A stretch of DNA of 64,000 bases from contig OX638149.1 of assembly GCA_951804945.1 (NCBI GenBank), positions 42,284,001 to 42,348,000 on the forward strand. Direction: 5' to 3'. The position numbers and the translations under genes were made by a program. Shown in pieces: positions 49,471 through 63,134 of this stretch. Position 1 is the first letter of the stretch; the number at the start of each line of letters is the position of its first letter. The stretch comes from Podarcis cretensis. Its lineage: Eukaryota. The notes below the pieces were generated by a model. That model had not been told where the DNA came from, did not search any database, and saw only the letters and a program-made list of their open reading frames with translations.

Positions 49471-50715
49471 GTACTTAACAGAAAAAAGCTGAATACGCTA
49501 TGAAAAGTTGCTCTAAGCATATTGCTGAGTTAAGAGTGATTGTGCCTCTATAAAGCACACCGGTAATCTTTGGTAGCTGAAACATTTCCTTACAAGCAAG
49601 CTAAACAATACCTTGTATTCTCCACTGGGCATTAGGACACTTCCTAGTGGGACTGTGTTTGTCCTACTGCTCGAAGGCAGGAAATTTGGTTGCTCCAAAG
49701 GTAATTGGTGTGTCCACCTCCCTTCTTGTATTCAGAATGTATTGGGAAAGGCTTCTAGAAGGCAGCCTTGAGGCCTGCAGTTCTCACCATGCCCCCTTTT
49801 ACACTTCAGCCACACCCTCTTTTACATGCTCCTCCCCATCCCAGGTTGTCCATGGGTCAATGCAGCCTTTGGCTCGATAGCCACTCCTGGCTCACTGGAA
49901 GCCAGAAATGTTTCTGTGAAATGTTGCTCTGGAGTTTTTCAGAACACCAATGTGTCTGCAATTTTTTAAATATCAGTTGTGAAAAACTGAAGCGGGGGGC
50001 ATACAAATCCAGACAAAATAAATGGTGGCAGAAATGAGACAGGCAGAACAGCTTGCCAGTATTAGCTTGCAAGTGGAAATTGACACAATTGCGGTGGTCA
50101 CAGGACTCCCTCCTACATATTGAGTACATTGGTGACTGTCAGGGAAGAGAATGCAATGGTAGACCACCCTTGCTTGCCTGGCTCCAAGAGTGGGCCACGT
50201 GGGGAACAGGGCACTTGCCAATCACTCGGCAGGGCCTACCAAGAGCTGGGACCAAACATGGTGTGTAAACAAGTGCTGCCATGCCTTAAGCTCCCACGTG
50301 GCTGCCTGTTAAATGTGCTTGGAAATGCTCTAAAGCCTTAAACGTACCAGTACTGCCTGCCTGTAAGTCAGGGCTGGCCCACCCATGAGACAAGGTGAAG
50401 CAGCCACCTCAGGAGGCAGCAGATCTGACCTCCACAGAATGCATTGTCCACTGCTGCTTCCGCCGCAGCGGCAGCAATGGCTGCAGTACGTTCTTTGGAC
50501 GCCAGATCCGCCTCCTCCTTGGAAGCACCCCTAGTGCTGGCTTTATAATGGCCTCTTGACAAGTAGGAGGCACAGCTGGTTTCCTTCCGCCAGGAGAAAA
50601 TGGCAGGGGCTGCCATGTAGGGTCTCCTGGATTCTGCACCCACCCAGTGTGATTCAGAGCAGGGTTATTTCCCCCTTGTGACGGCCTTTGATTCCCACTT
50701 TAATCATTGGGTAAG

Positions 50716-50786
50716 GTACGCAGGTGGTGCTGTGGGTTAAACCACAGAGCCTAGGACTTGCCTATCAGAAGGTTCGAATCCCCGCA
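50716..50786 (+). mobile_element. Sauria SINE 5' head only
   Basis: ggtggtgctgtgggttaaaccacagagcctaggacttgcctatcagaaggttcgaatccccgc. Confidence 0.8.
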
Positions 50787-51344
50787 ATTGAGATAGAAAG
50801 GTTTTGGGGTTTTTTTAACTGCTTAGGTTTTCTCTTTCCCCTCCTCAGTTTGACAAGCCCCACACCCAATGAAAGAGATCATATTATGAGATAATTATTT
50901 GCAAGGCCATCTATTATTATTATCATCTCTCTCCCCTGCATCTAACTGTTTAATGAGGTTCCTTCCTAGATGTTCTGAACATTTTACTTTTTGTAAAGCA
51001 ACTTATAAGTGCAGTTAAAACTTTTTTAAAAAATAACCTTCTGCATTAACTGCTGATGTTAAGGAAATATTTCCGTAAGGGTTTTTTTCCTAATTCGGAG
51101 TTGATTTCACATTCTGGTTAAATTGGCTGACATTCTCCTCAAGCGATTAAAATATTTTCAAGGGACTCCTCAATTTGAGATTTTCTGACCCTCAACAGTG
51201 TAAGATTGTGATCATCAAAATTATACTGCTGAAATGTAGAAAGCTTTGACTAACTAGGAGGGGATTTTTGTGTGGGGAAAGACTAAGCTCTATCCAGCTC
51301 TCGTACTGAATTTCTGGGCCAATAATTCTTTAATCACTATTTTA

Positions 51345-51440
51345 AAACAACAAAGTGTGTTGTTGTGGCATACTAAAGACCAACGATTTTGTTATGACAG
51401 AAGTTATCATGGACTCAAGTCCACTTTTCAGATACATGAA
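51345..51440. mobile_element. Old Penelope-like pLTR fragment
   Basis: tgttgtggcatactaaagaccaac...atcatggactcaagtccacttttcagatacatg; related to 12465-12535. Confidence 0.5.
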
Positions 51441-52215
51441 ATCTTGGATAAAATTATAATGTGGCAATGAGTTTCAAAAAGGTAGTGACTGTTCATGATA
51501 GATTAAATCTATGTTCAATGTGCACACCTTTTGCAGTAGCCGGTTAGTGATAATTGGTGGGGATAAAAGAGTTTTGTGGAGGAAAGGAAGGGCCAATGGG
51601 ACCTATTGATACTGCGTCCAAGGGCACCCATTAACTTGAATTCAGCCCTGCACCCTTGATCTCACGCCCTTTTCTATTTTCTGTGGCAATCAGTACAAAC
51701 AAAATATCAATCCATAATAATGAATCCAGTTTCCTCCCCTTGCCGCCAGATTTCAAATCAAATAATATACAATTGGTTTATTAATTTGATCAAAATAAAT
51801 CAATCTATTCATTCCAAAAGGTTATTACTAGTATTGAATACTGTAAGGTACAGAAACCTGCCTTTGCCAACTAACATTATGACTTGAAATTTGGTCCCTG
51901 AGAGTGTGGCTTCATCTATTGCTCAAGGAAAACAATTTCTTTGACTGTTACTTTTGATTATCCACAAGATGTGGTTAAACATGACACTGCCTTCCAGATT
52001 CAAATATACTTGCTACCCAATTAGACTATCTAATTTGGAAACATTTTTGATAGGGAAGGACTGTTAAGAAAACATTGCAAACCGAAACTTGCTACTGATA
52101 AAATAAATGTAATGTGTGAATTGGATTTGAAAATAGTTACTTCAAATATATTGTGGGGTTGGTTTTTTACTTCAGATGTATTGTGAAAGAACTGATAGTG
52201 TTCTTTGGTTTACAG

Positions 52216-52346
52216 ACAACGTCCGGCTCTTGGTGAGTGCTTAGCGTCTCTTGCAGCTGCCATTCCAGTAGCCTTTCTTGAACCTTCTCTCAATCTTTAC
52301 AATCCGCTGTCTGTCTTCAACACAAAAACTGCAAGAGAGAGAGCTA
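52216..52346 (+). CDS. RYR3: RYR3 exon 29/33 ([23 protein letters not shown]...TKTARERA)
   Basis: ttacag| and |gtaagt; 131 nt. Confidence 0.96.
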
Positions 52347-54611
52347 GTAAGTACAGTACTCTGCTACAAAAAGTTGGACTGAGAAATAAACTGCATCCTT
52401 ATTGTCTGTTTTTAGACCTTTATTACACTATATTTGGAACTATCATCATATATTTCCACTTACCTCCATTGATAGTAGTGTTTGACTGAAATTATTGTGG
52501 AAATGTCTTGGAATGGATATGTTTATAGCTTAGTTAAATGCTAAGCATTTAGCCAGTTCGCCATGCTATTTTATCTCTATGCCCATTTAAGTGCATTTGT
52601 GAAATTAGGTAGCCACACTAATGTATGTATGTACACTAATCTGTACATACTATATTCATACTTGACTCTTCATGCATTCAAACGATGATCTTATTTAGAT
52701 TGTTTACACCAATACAGTCACAAACACCCAGACATAATTCTGAAGATTGCAGAGGCTGGGAGATCACGATTACACAAACGGTCAGGAAATTAAGTTTGGT
52801 TGTCTCTGTCACACTTTACACACTCTCCATGAAAATCCAGCCATAGAAAACCTAAGGGCACATTTCATGAAAGTGGTTTTGAACGTTTAAGGTGGCCCTG
52901 GATCACCATTATTCGCCAAAACAAAAACTTTGGAAGAACAAGCGCTTTGAAGGGAATAAAATTGTTAAGAATTTGGAATGCAAGGAAATTTGCTAATAGA
53001 ATGGCAAAAATTCGCCCTCTGCTTTATGAAATCTTGAAAGGTCTGAAATATCATTCTGATAAAATCAAGATTTGGACTCTGCCATTTGTTATCTTGTGAT
53101 GCCTCTGTAATCTAAATCATTTCAGATTAAACGTATTTCAGAGCAGGGGGTGCTGTAATCGCAGCAGGAATACAATCTGTATGACACCTAAAGTATAATG
53201 AATGTGAATGAAAACTTTCTGAGGCCCCTCTTTCTCCATGGCTAGTGTTGGTTCCTGATTTGGAATGGGGGCGGGGGGTGACTATCCATCAATGTTATCC
53301 AAGCCAAAAATTATTGTTGACCAATTGCTTCCCTTTCCTCCACTCCCTGAATCAAAGCAGTGGCTGAAGAAGCCCTCCTATTGGAAAGAGGCAGGGGCAT
53401 GCTGGCTTTAGCTGATCAAAGCAGAGAGGCTTAGAGCTTTGCTTCTCAACAGCAGTTGATGAAGCCCCCTGTCCCCAAACTTTATTTCCTCTGGAAAGAG
53501 AGATGAGGGGTATCTTGGCCTCAGCTGCTGGTGGGTGGCAGTGTTCATGATAGTGGTGAAGAACAACACTCAAGGAAGCCTTGCTGATTTATCCTGATGT
53601 GGACAGGCATTCTGGGCACCAGGACAACATAGCAGTCAAGTGATCCTCAATCTTCCTCACAATCTTTGAGCTAGGAAGGCAGGGTGATCATTCCATAGTT
53701 GGCACAATATGCCTCACCCACCTCCTGCAGCTTCAAAGTTGGGAAAAAGGCTGGTTGCTTATTACATTGTCAAAGAGCGATGCCACACACACCATCCTAA
53801 GTACGATGACCATAAATGTTAAAACCTAAGTGGGTAGCAGAAGACAATCTGATATTTTATCATTTATCTGCTGTATCTGATAAATGCATTGCATTTATAG
53901 AAATAAAGGTTCAGTTGGTTCCATTATTGAAATGGAGTTGATTTTAGAGTGTGTGCTGTTACTGCTTTAAACTGTTTTGTATATGTAATTGTTTGCTTTT
54001 AATTGTTTTTAATTTGCAGTTGTTTCATATGTTTTTATTATATTGCTTCAAGGTATAATTGGTGATTCATAAATGAAATAATAATAACATTAAAACCTTT
54101 TTCAATTGCTTCATGCCTATTTAATCCACTTCCACAGAATGCAGTAAATGTAAAGCCATCTTTAAAGGAACATGCTCATCTTTTCTTCAACTGTACTTTA
54201 GTTGCTAACATGCTATTGTTTTTCTGGCATATAGTATTCTGGCAGCACAATCATTTATGCCGCAACATCTGCTTTGTGTAGATTTTTTAAATGGCATAGC
54301 ATTCAGTCATGTGACTCCACATTAATCAGAAGTAGTACACATTGTAAACACAGGTTTGCCACATTATCTGATTGTAAGAGCTAGGCCCAAAGTGTTAATA
54401 ACTTAATAAAAAGCTCCATGTAAAGCATGGAACCAAACAAAAAACAAAAAACCATTACTGTTGAACAGTAGAGGGAACTATTGAATCATGTTTGTATCCA
54501 TGCAGAATGTGTCAGAGTTACGGTGGAAGTAAAATGATTTAAATTGTGCTTTAGCTATTTTAAGCATTAAGTATGTTAACCACCCCAAAATTATTGTGTC
54601 ATAATATGAAG

Positions 54612-54929
54612 TTTTAGGCATGCCTGAAACCGTAGAAGAAATGTGTCCAGAAATCCCTCACTTGGATGGCTTAATGAAAGAAATAAACAGCTTGGCAGAA
54701 TCTGGAGCCAGATATACTGAAATGCCACACGTGATTGAGGTGATCTTGCCCATGTTATGCAACTATCTATCATACTGGTGGGAAAGGGGGCCTGAAAATG
54801 CTGAAAGTACTGGCCCCTGCTGCACAATGGTAACTTCTGAACATCTCAGCATAATACTGGGGAACATTTTGAAGATCATCAACAATAACCTGGGGATAGA
54901 TGAGGCAACTTGGATGAAGCGAATAGCAG
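54612..54929 (+). CDS. RYR3: RYR3 exon 30/33 ([21 protein letters not shown]...[10 protein letters not shown])
   Basis: Acceptor atgaag| gives the conserved ILGMP; an alternative in-frame AG ends at 54617; donor |gtacct. Confidence 0.92.
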
Positions 54930-56008
54930 GTACCTCGTGACAAATTTCATTTAAACAACTGATTACTAGAGCTGCTTTATTTGTCAATACCAACAAAACA
55001 TTAATTCTCCAATAGTTGTACTTCTTTCACGAAAGCTTTCTCTCACAGTCAGATTTACATTTTAGAATCAATGTTTTTTATTAAATTAGTTAAATGGTAA
55101 AATCTCAGTAAAATCTAAATAATATGTGCTTGGTTCAAAAATTGGGAGTCCTGCATTCCTGAACAAGTACCTGGTATCATTATGTGTTTGGAAATAATTT
55201 TTAATATCTGTAGAGCTAGGAGTAAATACTATCCATTAATTAAGCGCATGTAAGTCTCCCTGAAAACTCTTATGACAGACCTATCCTGTTTTTAAAGCTA
55301 CAAAATGGATAGATACATATATGAAGAGTTCTCATGGTTTTCATTTGATTGCATCAGATGTGGTCCACAGCAGTCAGGAAAATATTTTCATCTTTTATTG
55401 AGACAAAGGCCTAGTTTAGTTGTAGTGTTACCATTTTTTTAATTTTACATTTTGTGGGTTCTCCAAAAGAAAACTCATTGAACCATCTTAAGAAGAATGA
55501 AGAACAAGTTGATGCAGTCAGAGCCCGGCGCTCAGAAATGCAGATGTTGTATGTTGCTGGCATGGTGGAGAAGAGCAGAAAAAGAGTGTGCCCAGGCAGG
55601 GAGGATATATAGCTACTCCCTCTTCCTGTCAGGGCACAATGGGAGTGTTCTTGCTGAGCTCTCTCTAGCAGATTTTACAAGAAGACTCTGTGAGCCTCAG
55701 CCCCTATCATGTGACTATCTAGCAAATCATGAATTGTTGGTTTGACTGCATTTAAATATCCAACAGTCCAATTGGTTACTTACATGTGGCTTGGTTAAGC
55801 TACTTGATAGTTTGAGTACACTGTTTCACATATACAACATTTTTAATGAAAGAACCCAAGATCAGATACATAAATTCCCTGTCTTGAGGCAGGATTACTA
55901 TACATTTATTAAACATGTATAATGTTTATGCTTATTTATTTAAGCAAATTCTATGCTGTTTTACATAGCCAAAACAAATCTCTAAGCAGTCTACAGCATA
56001 TCTTAAAC

Positions 56009-56143
56009 CAGGCATAGGCAAACTTGGCCCTCCAGATGTTTGGGGCTACAACTCCCATCAGCCCTAGCTAACAGGACCAGTGCTCAGGGATGATGGGAGT
56101 TGTAGTCCCAAAACATCTGGAGAGCTCAGTTTGCCTATGCCTG
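56009..56143. mobile_element. hAT MITE (135 bp)
   Basis: TIRs caggcataggcaaact / agtttgcctatgcctg; perfect 8-bp TSD tcttaaac. Confidence 0.92.
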
Positions 56144-56995
56144 TCTTAAACCATCAAATGCAATATTACAATATGTTGTGATACCTGAAATTTGGTGAAT
56201 GTCAACCTGCAGATGTGACTATTGATTATCCCAGACAGATTGTCTGGATTTCTAAAAACTCAAGAGATACACAGGTAAATTTCATCAAAATATAATGGTT
56301 AGAATTGACACTTGCTGATAAGTAGGGAAAATATTTTTGGGCATTCCCCAAACTCGGCTGGAATTGTCAGCATTCATATGTGTATGTGAACATTCATCAA
56401 ATTCTTGGTATCAAGCATAACCTAATATAGAAGTATTTCTGCCTGTATACTTTCAGGTAATACATAATCAGGCAGATTTGACTTTAGACTCAGTTCATAT
56501 ATAACAGTGAACCATGGTTTATTGCTATGTTCACAAGTAGCATGAGCCTTGGTCTTGTACAATCCCTCACTATCACATGCAAGGGTAAGAGATTTAACTC
56601 TCCTGTGTTTCATTTGAAACAAACAATGATTTGCTGTTGCATCCAAACTCACCATACTGTGGTTTGTTCAAACTAGTTGGTTAACATGCCAGGATATCAA
56701 ACCATTATCAGTACAAACCACCAATTGGTGAGTTCTGGGTGCATCCAAAATTTCAGGTCATTCCTATACAGAGACAAGTTACATTTCCTCCCCAGAGGAG
56801 TGGGGAGCACACGAGCCCAAGATTTAAGTCAGCCCGTGCAAATTACAGCAAAACATGGTTTGTTGTTGCATTGTACTGATGTCTATAGTCACAGTGCTAT
56901 TATGAAGCTAAACTAGAATGAATGCATTTGTTACTTTTTACAGAGTAACAAAATATGTTTAAATGTATATTTATAGAAATGTGTTTTGTATATAG

Positions 56996-57236
56996 TGTAT
57001 GCTCAGCCAATCATTAGCAAGGCCAGGCCGGATCTGTTGAAAAGTCATTTTATCCCAACACTGGAGAAATTAAAGAAGAAAGCCATAAAGATAGTGATGG
57101 AGGAGGAACAACTGAAAGCAGACAGTAAAACGGATACCCAAGAAGCAGAACTCCTCATTCTAGATGAATTTGCAGTTCTTTGCCGCGACCTTTATGCTTT
57201 TTATCCTATGTTGATCCGCTATGTGGACAACAACAG
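56996..57236 (+). CDS. RYR3: RYR3 exon 31/33 ([26 protein letters not shown]...LIRYVDNNR)
   Basis: atatag| and |gtagg; 241 nt. Confidence 0.96.
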
Positions 57237-58803
57237 GTAGGAGAATCTGTAAATAAAGGGGATTAAATGGATTTTTGTATTTATATCCTGCGCCTCAACA
57301 TAAAATTTATGTTCCTAATTTTGCTAACAATAAAACAATATAAAACTAAAAATGGAAAACTACCTAAACGGTTAGTTTAGTTTAAAACATCAACAGTCCA
57401 TTCAAATAGATAGTAAAACTGCAACTGCTCTTCCGCTCCTGCCCTAAATTTTGTTATGGACCACCCCAACCAAGCTCTGCTGTGTGGTGTGAGATTCTAG
57501 GGGTCTTGGCACTTAATCAGGTTTGGTGTTTCCTTCAGAAAAGTTAGGCACAGAGCAGACTGTAGTGTCTTTAATATATGTGGTTTTGTTTATGCATAAC
57601 TTGTGCCCCAAAGGTAATCTGGTTTCTCTTCAGATCGTATAAATCTTTTCTCTTTTACAAAATAAAAAGGTCCCCCTAGACCCAGCTGAAAGGCAGTAGT
57701 TCCTATCTAGGCCATACAATTCAAGGTCATTTCATGGATCAGCAAACAGTGTTAACTAATGCCAGCAAGTGGAAAGTTTGATAGCTTTGACACCTGACAC
57801 AAGGAAGAATAGACTGCTTTCTTGAAAAAATCAATAAGGAATAGAACAAAGTGAATGTTTCTGACCTCAAGCTTCACTAAATTTAGGTTAGGCAGGGAAA
57901 AGAACATGTGAATGATTGCCCTAACATTAACTTTAATTCTGTGAAGTACCAGAATAAAAACAAGAATTAAAAATGTTAAAGATAAATGAGAGTATAAAAA
58001 TGACACAGCCACAGAAACGGTTTAATTAAGTCGTGTCTGCTCTCTGCTTCCTGATACAGCTTACTTGTAACATTTTTACAATTCAGAATATTTTAGTGTT
58101 GTAAAATTCTTATGAATGTCTAAAGGTATTTAAATGGAAGAATCAGCAGTGCCCATTAAAGTATAAAATCATTTTCTGACTTGAAAGCTTGAATCCAAAT
58201 GCTGCGTGGCAGTTTCGACAATTCATCATCAACAAGCACACATACATATTTAAATACAGCACAAACTTTTTCTTAAGCCATATCTGTTTTAGAGACCGTG
58301 TATAATTCCAGGGGAAGAAACATTCTAGACCACTTTATTCATCTTATAAAGTGGGTTGTGTGCCCTGGAAGATGATACCAAAATGAATGTGCAAATCGTT
58401 AAGGTGGCCACAGGAGTTACTATCAGTTCTGTTACAAAGAAATCTACAGATGTTCTTGCTACAACGTAAATCTAGTTGTATCAGATAGGATAGTGGTTTT
58501 ATGAAAATTGAATACAGGCAATGACTGATTTAGGTGGTCCAAATGACATGTGATCATGCAGACAGCGCTGAACCTGGAAGTAGCCCCAAAATGCCATTAA
58601 GACGTCACAAAAAGGGCCAGAACAGGGGCAGACAGGGCTTACACATGCTCCACCGACACATGTTGGTGTCCGGAACATAACCCCCACACCAAAAGGATTG
58701 CCTATACTTTGAATTGTGATACATGTCATAAATAAATCCTATTGGTTGAATTGAACTTACTTTGGAGTTATTGTGTATAGGTTTGCAAAGGCTGCAATAC
58801 TCC

Positions 58804-58931
58804 ACAGGCTGTGGAACCTCCAGATGATGCTGAATTACACCTCTCATCATCCCTGGCCATTGGCCGTGCTTGCTAGGGTTGATGGGAGTTGTAATTCAGC
58901 AATGCCAGGAATTCCGGCAGTTCCCACACCT
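58804..58931. mobile_element. Diverged short hAT MITE
   Basis: caggctgtggaac...gttcccacacctg ends; internal ctccagatg...tgatgggagttgta motif. Confidence 0.6.
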
Positions 58932-59440
58932 GCTCTACACATATGCTTGGAGTTATGTGCCATAGAACTGAGTGGGCAATAGCCACTTAAACAGTTCTGC
59001 TCACTCAAGCACTTTGACTGCACAATGAAACTTTCTCTCACGCTCCCAATGTGTCCATCACTTGCTCTCTGAACCTTCTCTGGAGGGTTGGGTGAACTCC
59101 CAGAATATATTTGTGGTGGGCATCTGGGGGGAGGAAGTTCAGCTGCAGAGAACTTAGTTAGGCTAGTGGTGCTGTTTACTTGGATATTGCCCAATGAGAC
59201 TGCTGAGTAGAGATGCCTCTTTATGTATTAGCCCATCAATAAAAGGGAGTAGTAAGCATCTTTCCAACACCCAGAAACACACAGTTTTACACAGCAGTAT
59301 GGTGCTGCTATCATACTTTTCAGAAACAAAGTGCAGGAAGAAGCAATTGAAAGGGGAGTAGTAGGACCGGTAATGTTCAGTATAGAACATGTTGAAATAA
59401 TACTGTAGTCTAATAAATGTATTTTGGTTTATTTGTTTAG

Positions 59441-59528
59441 ATCAAACTGGCTTAAGAAACCAGATGCAGATTCTGATGAACTTTTCCGAATGGTAGCTGA
59501 AGTCTTCATTCTCTGGTGTAAATCACAT
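59441..59528 (+). CDS. RYR3: RYR3 exon 32/33 ([29 protein letters not shown])
   Basis: gtttag| and |gtatga; 88 nt. Confidence 0.96.
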
Positions 59529-59657
59529 GTATGACAAAGATTCATTTTTTTATTCTTATAATACACATATTTAGAAATGTTATGCATATTTAGAAATGTC
59601 ACTGACCTGTTTCTCAGCATTTATGTAAACTGCATTTTGGTATTATATTTATTTCAG

Positions 59658-59750
59658 AATTTCAAGCGAGAAGAACAAAATTTTGTTATTCAGAATGAAA
59701 TCAACAACTTGGCATTTTTGACAGGAGACAGCAAGAGTAAGATGTCAAAA
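59658..59750 (+). CDS. RYR3: RYR3 exon 33/33 ([31 protein letters not shown])
   Basis: tttcag| and |gtaagt; 93 nt. The gene continues beyond the window. Confidence 0.96.
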
Positions 59751-62015
59751 GTAAGTCAGAAAGTATTTAGATTGGTCCAAGTGTATCTGCTAAATTATTT
59801 GTACTTTGTAACAATGACACAGACTGTAGCAAACTGCATTTCTTTGCCGATATGTTTAGAAGTAGTTGCTTCTTAATATGAAGATTGGTTGTATTTGCCA
59901 TCTATTGTCATGTCAATTTTCTGACTAAAAGCTTTTTCCCCTTGATGCACCCACATGATGGGGTGAAAGTTTACCAGAAATGGATCTGAAGTACTTCTTT
60001 TTACTTTAGCTCCTTCCCTTTCCACCCAGCTGGTCTGCAATATTTCTATTGTACTGATATTGAGTTTTCATCTCCTATTGATACAGCAGACAGTTTGCTT
60101 TTCACTGTAGTAAAATAATATTACCTAAAACATAATACATCATGGGGATATCAAAATTGTTAAGATATATCTGCTCGATCTACACATAGCCCAAAATGTC
60201 ACTAAAAAAAACCTGTATAAGAATATCTGTATGGGAAGAACTGGGGATGCTAAAATGTCTGAGGCTACATCTGAGAAAGTCCACTCTTTCTGAGATGATC
60301 ATGGGTATTTTTTTGGAAGAGGATTGTATTGCATTTCAGTAGAGGAGCAGGGAAGGTCTAAACAAAAGGGCATGGTATCAAATTAATTATCTGAGAATGC
60401 AAAACAAATGTTTTTAGCATTTGTCAGTGTTAGAAATGGTGTTATAAATTAAATCACTTTAATGCATATGTACAGCTGAACACACTGAGATTTGTGGCGC
60501 ATTCCTCATTTCCACTGCCCCTCTGCTGAATCAATGTGTGTGGATTCATTTTTTTAAAATGCATTGACTCAGTGAGGGGCACGAAAATTCACCATTCAGG
60601 TGAGACCCAACTATCCATTTGTCTCCCAAAGACTGGATGTGGATCATAACACTGGAGCTGATATGTCTTTAGGAGGAGCTGTCCTTGTGTAGATTTATCA
60701 CATAGGGGTGGGGGTGTGTACATATGGAGGATGTATAATTGTGCAAATCTATTGCACGGTATGAGCACAAATAATTACTGCCTTATCCACAACTGACCCA
60801 TTCTTATTCCATACCTGAAGGACATTTTCAGCTGTTCTAGTCTTCTTAGTCTCTGAAACATACGTGCTAAATGATTTGATACATTATAACCTGACATGTA
60901 TCTGGTACTTTTTCAAGCACCTAATGCTGTCTTGTAGAAAATTATTTTATAAGTATTTTAACCAGATATTGCACCACAGAAAGCCAAGTGTAATTAAGTA
61001 CCAAGTACCTGTGGTTGGTTGTCAAATGAAATTTATTATAAATAATAATACTTTTAAATTTGGCTTTCTGCTATCAAACCAGTTTCCTGTTGTTAAACCT
61101 TTCTTGTCAACAACCATATATATATATATGAATGACCAGATTTTCTTTAATTGCGTAATTACTTCACTGTAACAGTATTGAAGTATCTTTGTGCAATGGA
61201 AAAAAGCAGTCATGATATGTTTGTTGCTTTCAGTATGTCTGTCCCTTAGTATTCAAGTTTTGATTGGAAAAACTGTCCCTGGCCAGGAGTTTTAACAGTT
61301 GATAACTGCTTAAAAAATTGGGATTTGAGACCATTATCAATTGAAATGCAAGATGAAACAATCCTATTTTTTTCTTGTTGAGCGTAGGCATCATTTCTAT
61401 GTCAATTTCACAACCAATCAGGGGCAGATTTTCAAAAAGAATCCTGAAAGTCAAGATTAGGGACAATTATTACTGGAACTAAATCTTCCTCCCTTTAAGA
61501 AGTTCTGTCAGTCTGGTTGTTGTTTGTCCCCTGTCTTTTTCCCATTGAAAGTAATCATCCACTTTGTTTTGGGGGGCACATTCAGAATTGACTTATGCAG
61601 ACAGGAATAGCTTGGGACCTTTGAAAGACTGCTTTCTCCTATGTTAGCAAATTGCCTTGGCAGGCAATGTGTTTCACATATACATGTTCTAGGAGTCCTG
61701 TGAATTAAGTTCTTTAAGATACTGGCAATAGCACATCTCGGCAGATGTAACTTACACTCACATGGGTCTTAAAAATTGAGATGTTGTTTCTTGCAAACAC
61801 AAAGAGAATCAAATTCGACACATTATTAATACTTCAGTAGGGAATAGCTTAGCAACAATACTTGTTATGGCAGTGGGAATAGCTTGACAACAATATGCAC
61901 TTCTTTAGTTGAGAAGACGAGCTAATGGAGTCTATCCATGACTAAACTAGCATGCACACATGAAAGAGCAAACCCAAAGGCATAAGAGGAATTGGAAAGG
62001 CTGGATGGGTTAAGC

Positions 62016-62151
62016 CAGGCACAGGCAAACTCGGCCCTCCAGATGTTTTGGGACTACAACTCCCATGATCCCTAGCTAACAGGACCAGTGGTAAGGGATG
62101 ATGGGAATTGTAGTCCCAAAACATCTAGAGGGCCAAGTTTGCCTATGCCTG
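62016..62151. mobile_element. hAT MITE, same family as 56009
   Basis: caggcacaggcaaact...agtttgcctatgcctg; perfect 8-bp TSD ggttaagc. Confidence 0.92.
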
Positions 62152-62808
62152 GGTTAAGCACTGCTTAGGAAGGCATACTAGGCTTCTTCCTCTCTGGGTT
62201 GATGTTGCGGACTAGGCCTCAGTCATGTATCACTGGGCAAGGAGGACCAGAAAGTGGCTTCTAAAACAGTCATAGCACACAAAGGTAGGAAGCCAAAATT
62301 GTTCTTAAAAACACAGTTACACAGAGAGAGAGAAAGTTAGGAAGATGGTAGGCATGACAGAAGCAGGAGACACTGTTCTCAGCCTTGGTGGGCAATGCCA
62401 AAGAGGTAGAACTGAGGGACATTGAAACTCCTGGGTCAGGCAAGGAAATCAGAAAAGGCAGCAGGCAAGAGAAAAAATCTCTGCTTTGGCTAGCAAGAAT
62501 CTAGGAGCAGGAAAAACAATGGAGCCCTTAAAAGCACTGGCAGAGGAAGAGCATGAAGCTCCGCCACTGCTTAAAAGGGCTATTGGAATAGGCAGACTAG
62601 AGAAAGTGTTGGAATCAGCACCTGAGATTGAGAAGCCTAATGAGCTTCCATGACTGCACATGCTCAGGCTTTAGAATCTTAAGGGTGGCAGAGGAGAAGA
62701 AGAGAAAGAGCAGCTTCGATACCAAGCATACAAAGCTGTAGGATTGACCAGACTTCATCATTATCCTGCTTTGGAAGAAAATGTTTGTAAGAAGGGATAG
62801 CCTCTACC

Positions 62809-63134
62809 CAGCAGTGGAGCATATGCCCTCGCTACCAAGAGCGGGCGAGCTCCCGAGGAGGGCGTGGCACGGAGGGTGCCCTCCCCGGCACGGGATAGCC
62901 ACTCAGGTTCTCAGAGTGGTGCGTGTGCCCTGCAGCCGGGGGCGGAGCGAGCTGCCCCTGGTGGACATTTGGCACAATGCCCACCAGCGACTCCCAAGCC
63001 TCCCCCAAGCTGTCAAAATGAAGGGGGAACAGGGGAAGGCTTGGGAGTCACAGGTGGGCGGCACGCCGAATGTCACCCCCCTCAGTGAGGGCACCCAGGG
63101 CGGTCTGCCCCCCGCCCCACTTCCTACGCCCCTG
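62809..63134. mobile_element. GC-rich hAT-type MITE
   Basis: Perfect 8-bp TSD cctctacc at 62801-62808 and 63135-63142; right end cctacgcccctg, degenerate left end cagcagtggag. Confidence 0.7.

Noticed and set aside
1315-59750. Assignment as RYR1 or RYR2
   Set aside because: Isoform-diagnostic segments as I recall them ([54 protein letters not shown]) fit RyR3; a BLASTP search or tree would confirm.
61837-61894. ~24-bp imperfect direct repeat (gggaatagctt..caacaata)
   Set aside because: A small local duplication of two copies with no further structure.
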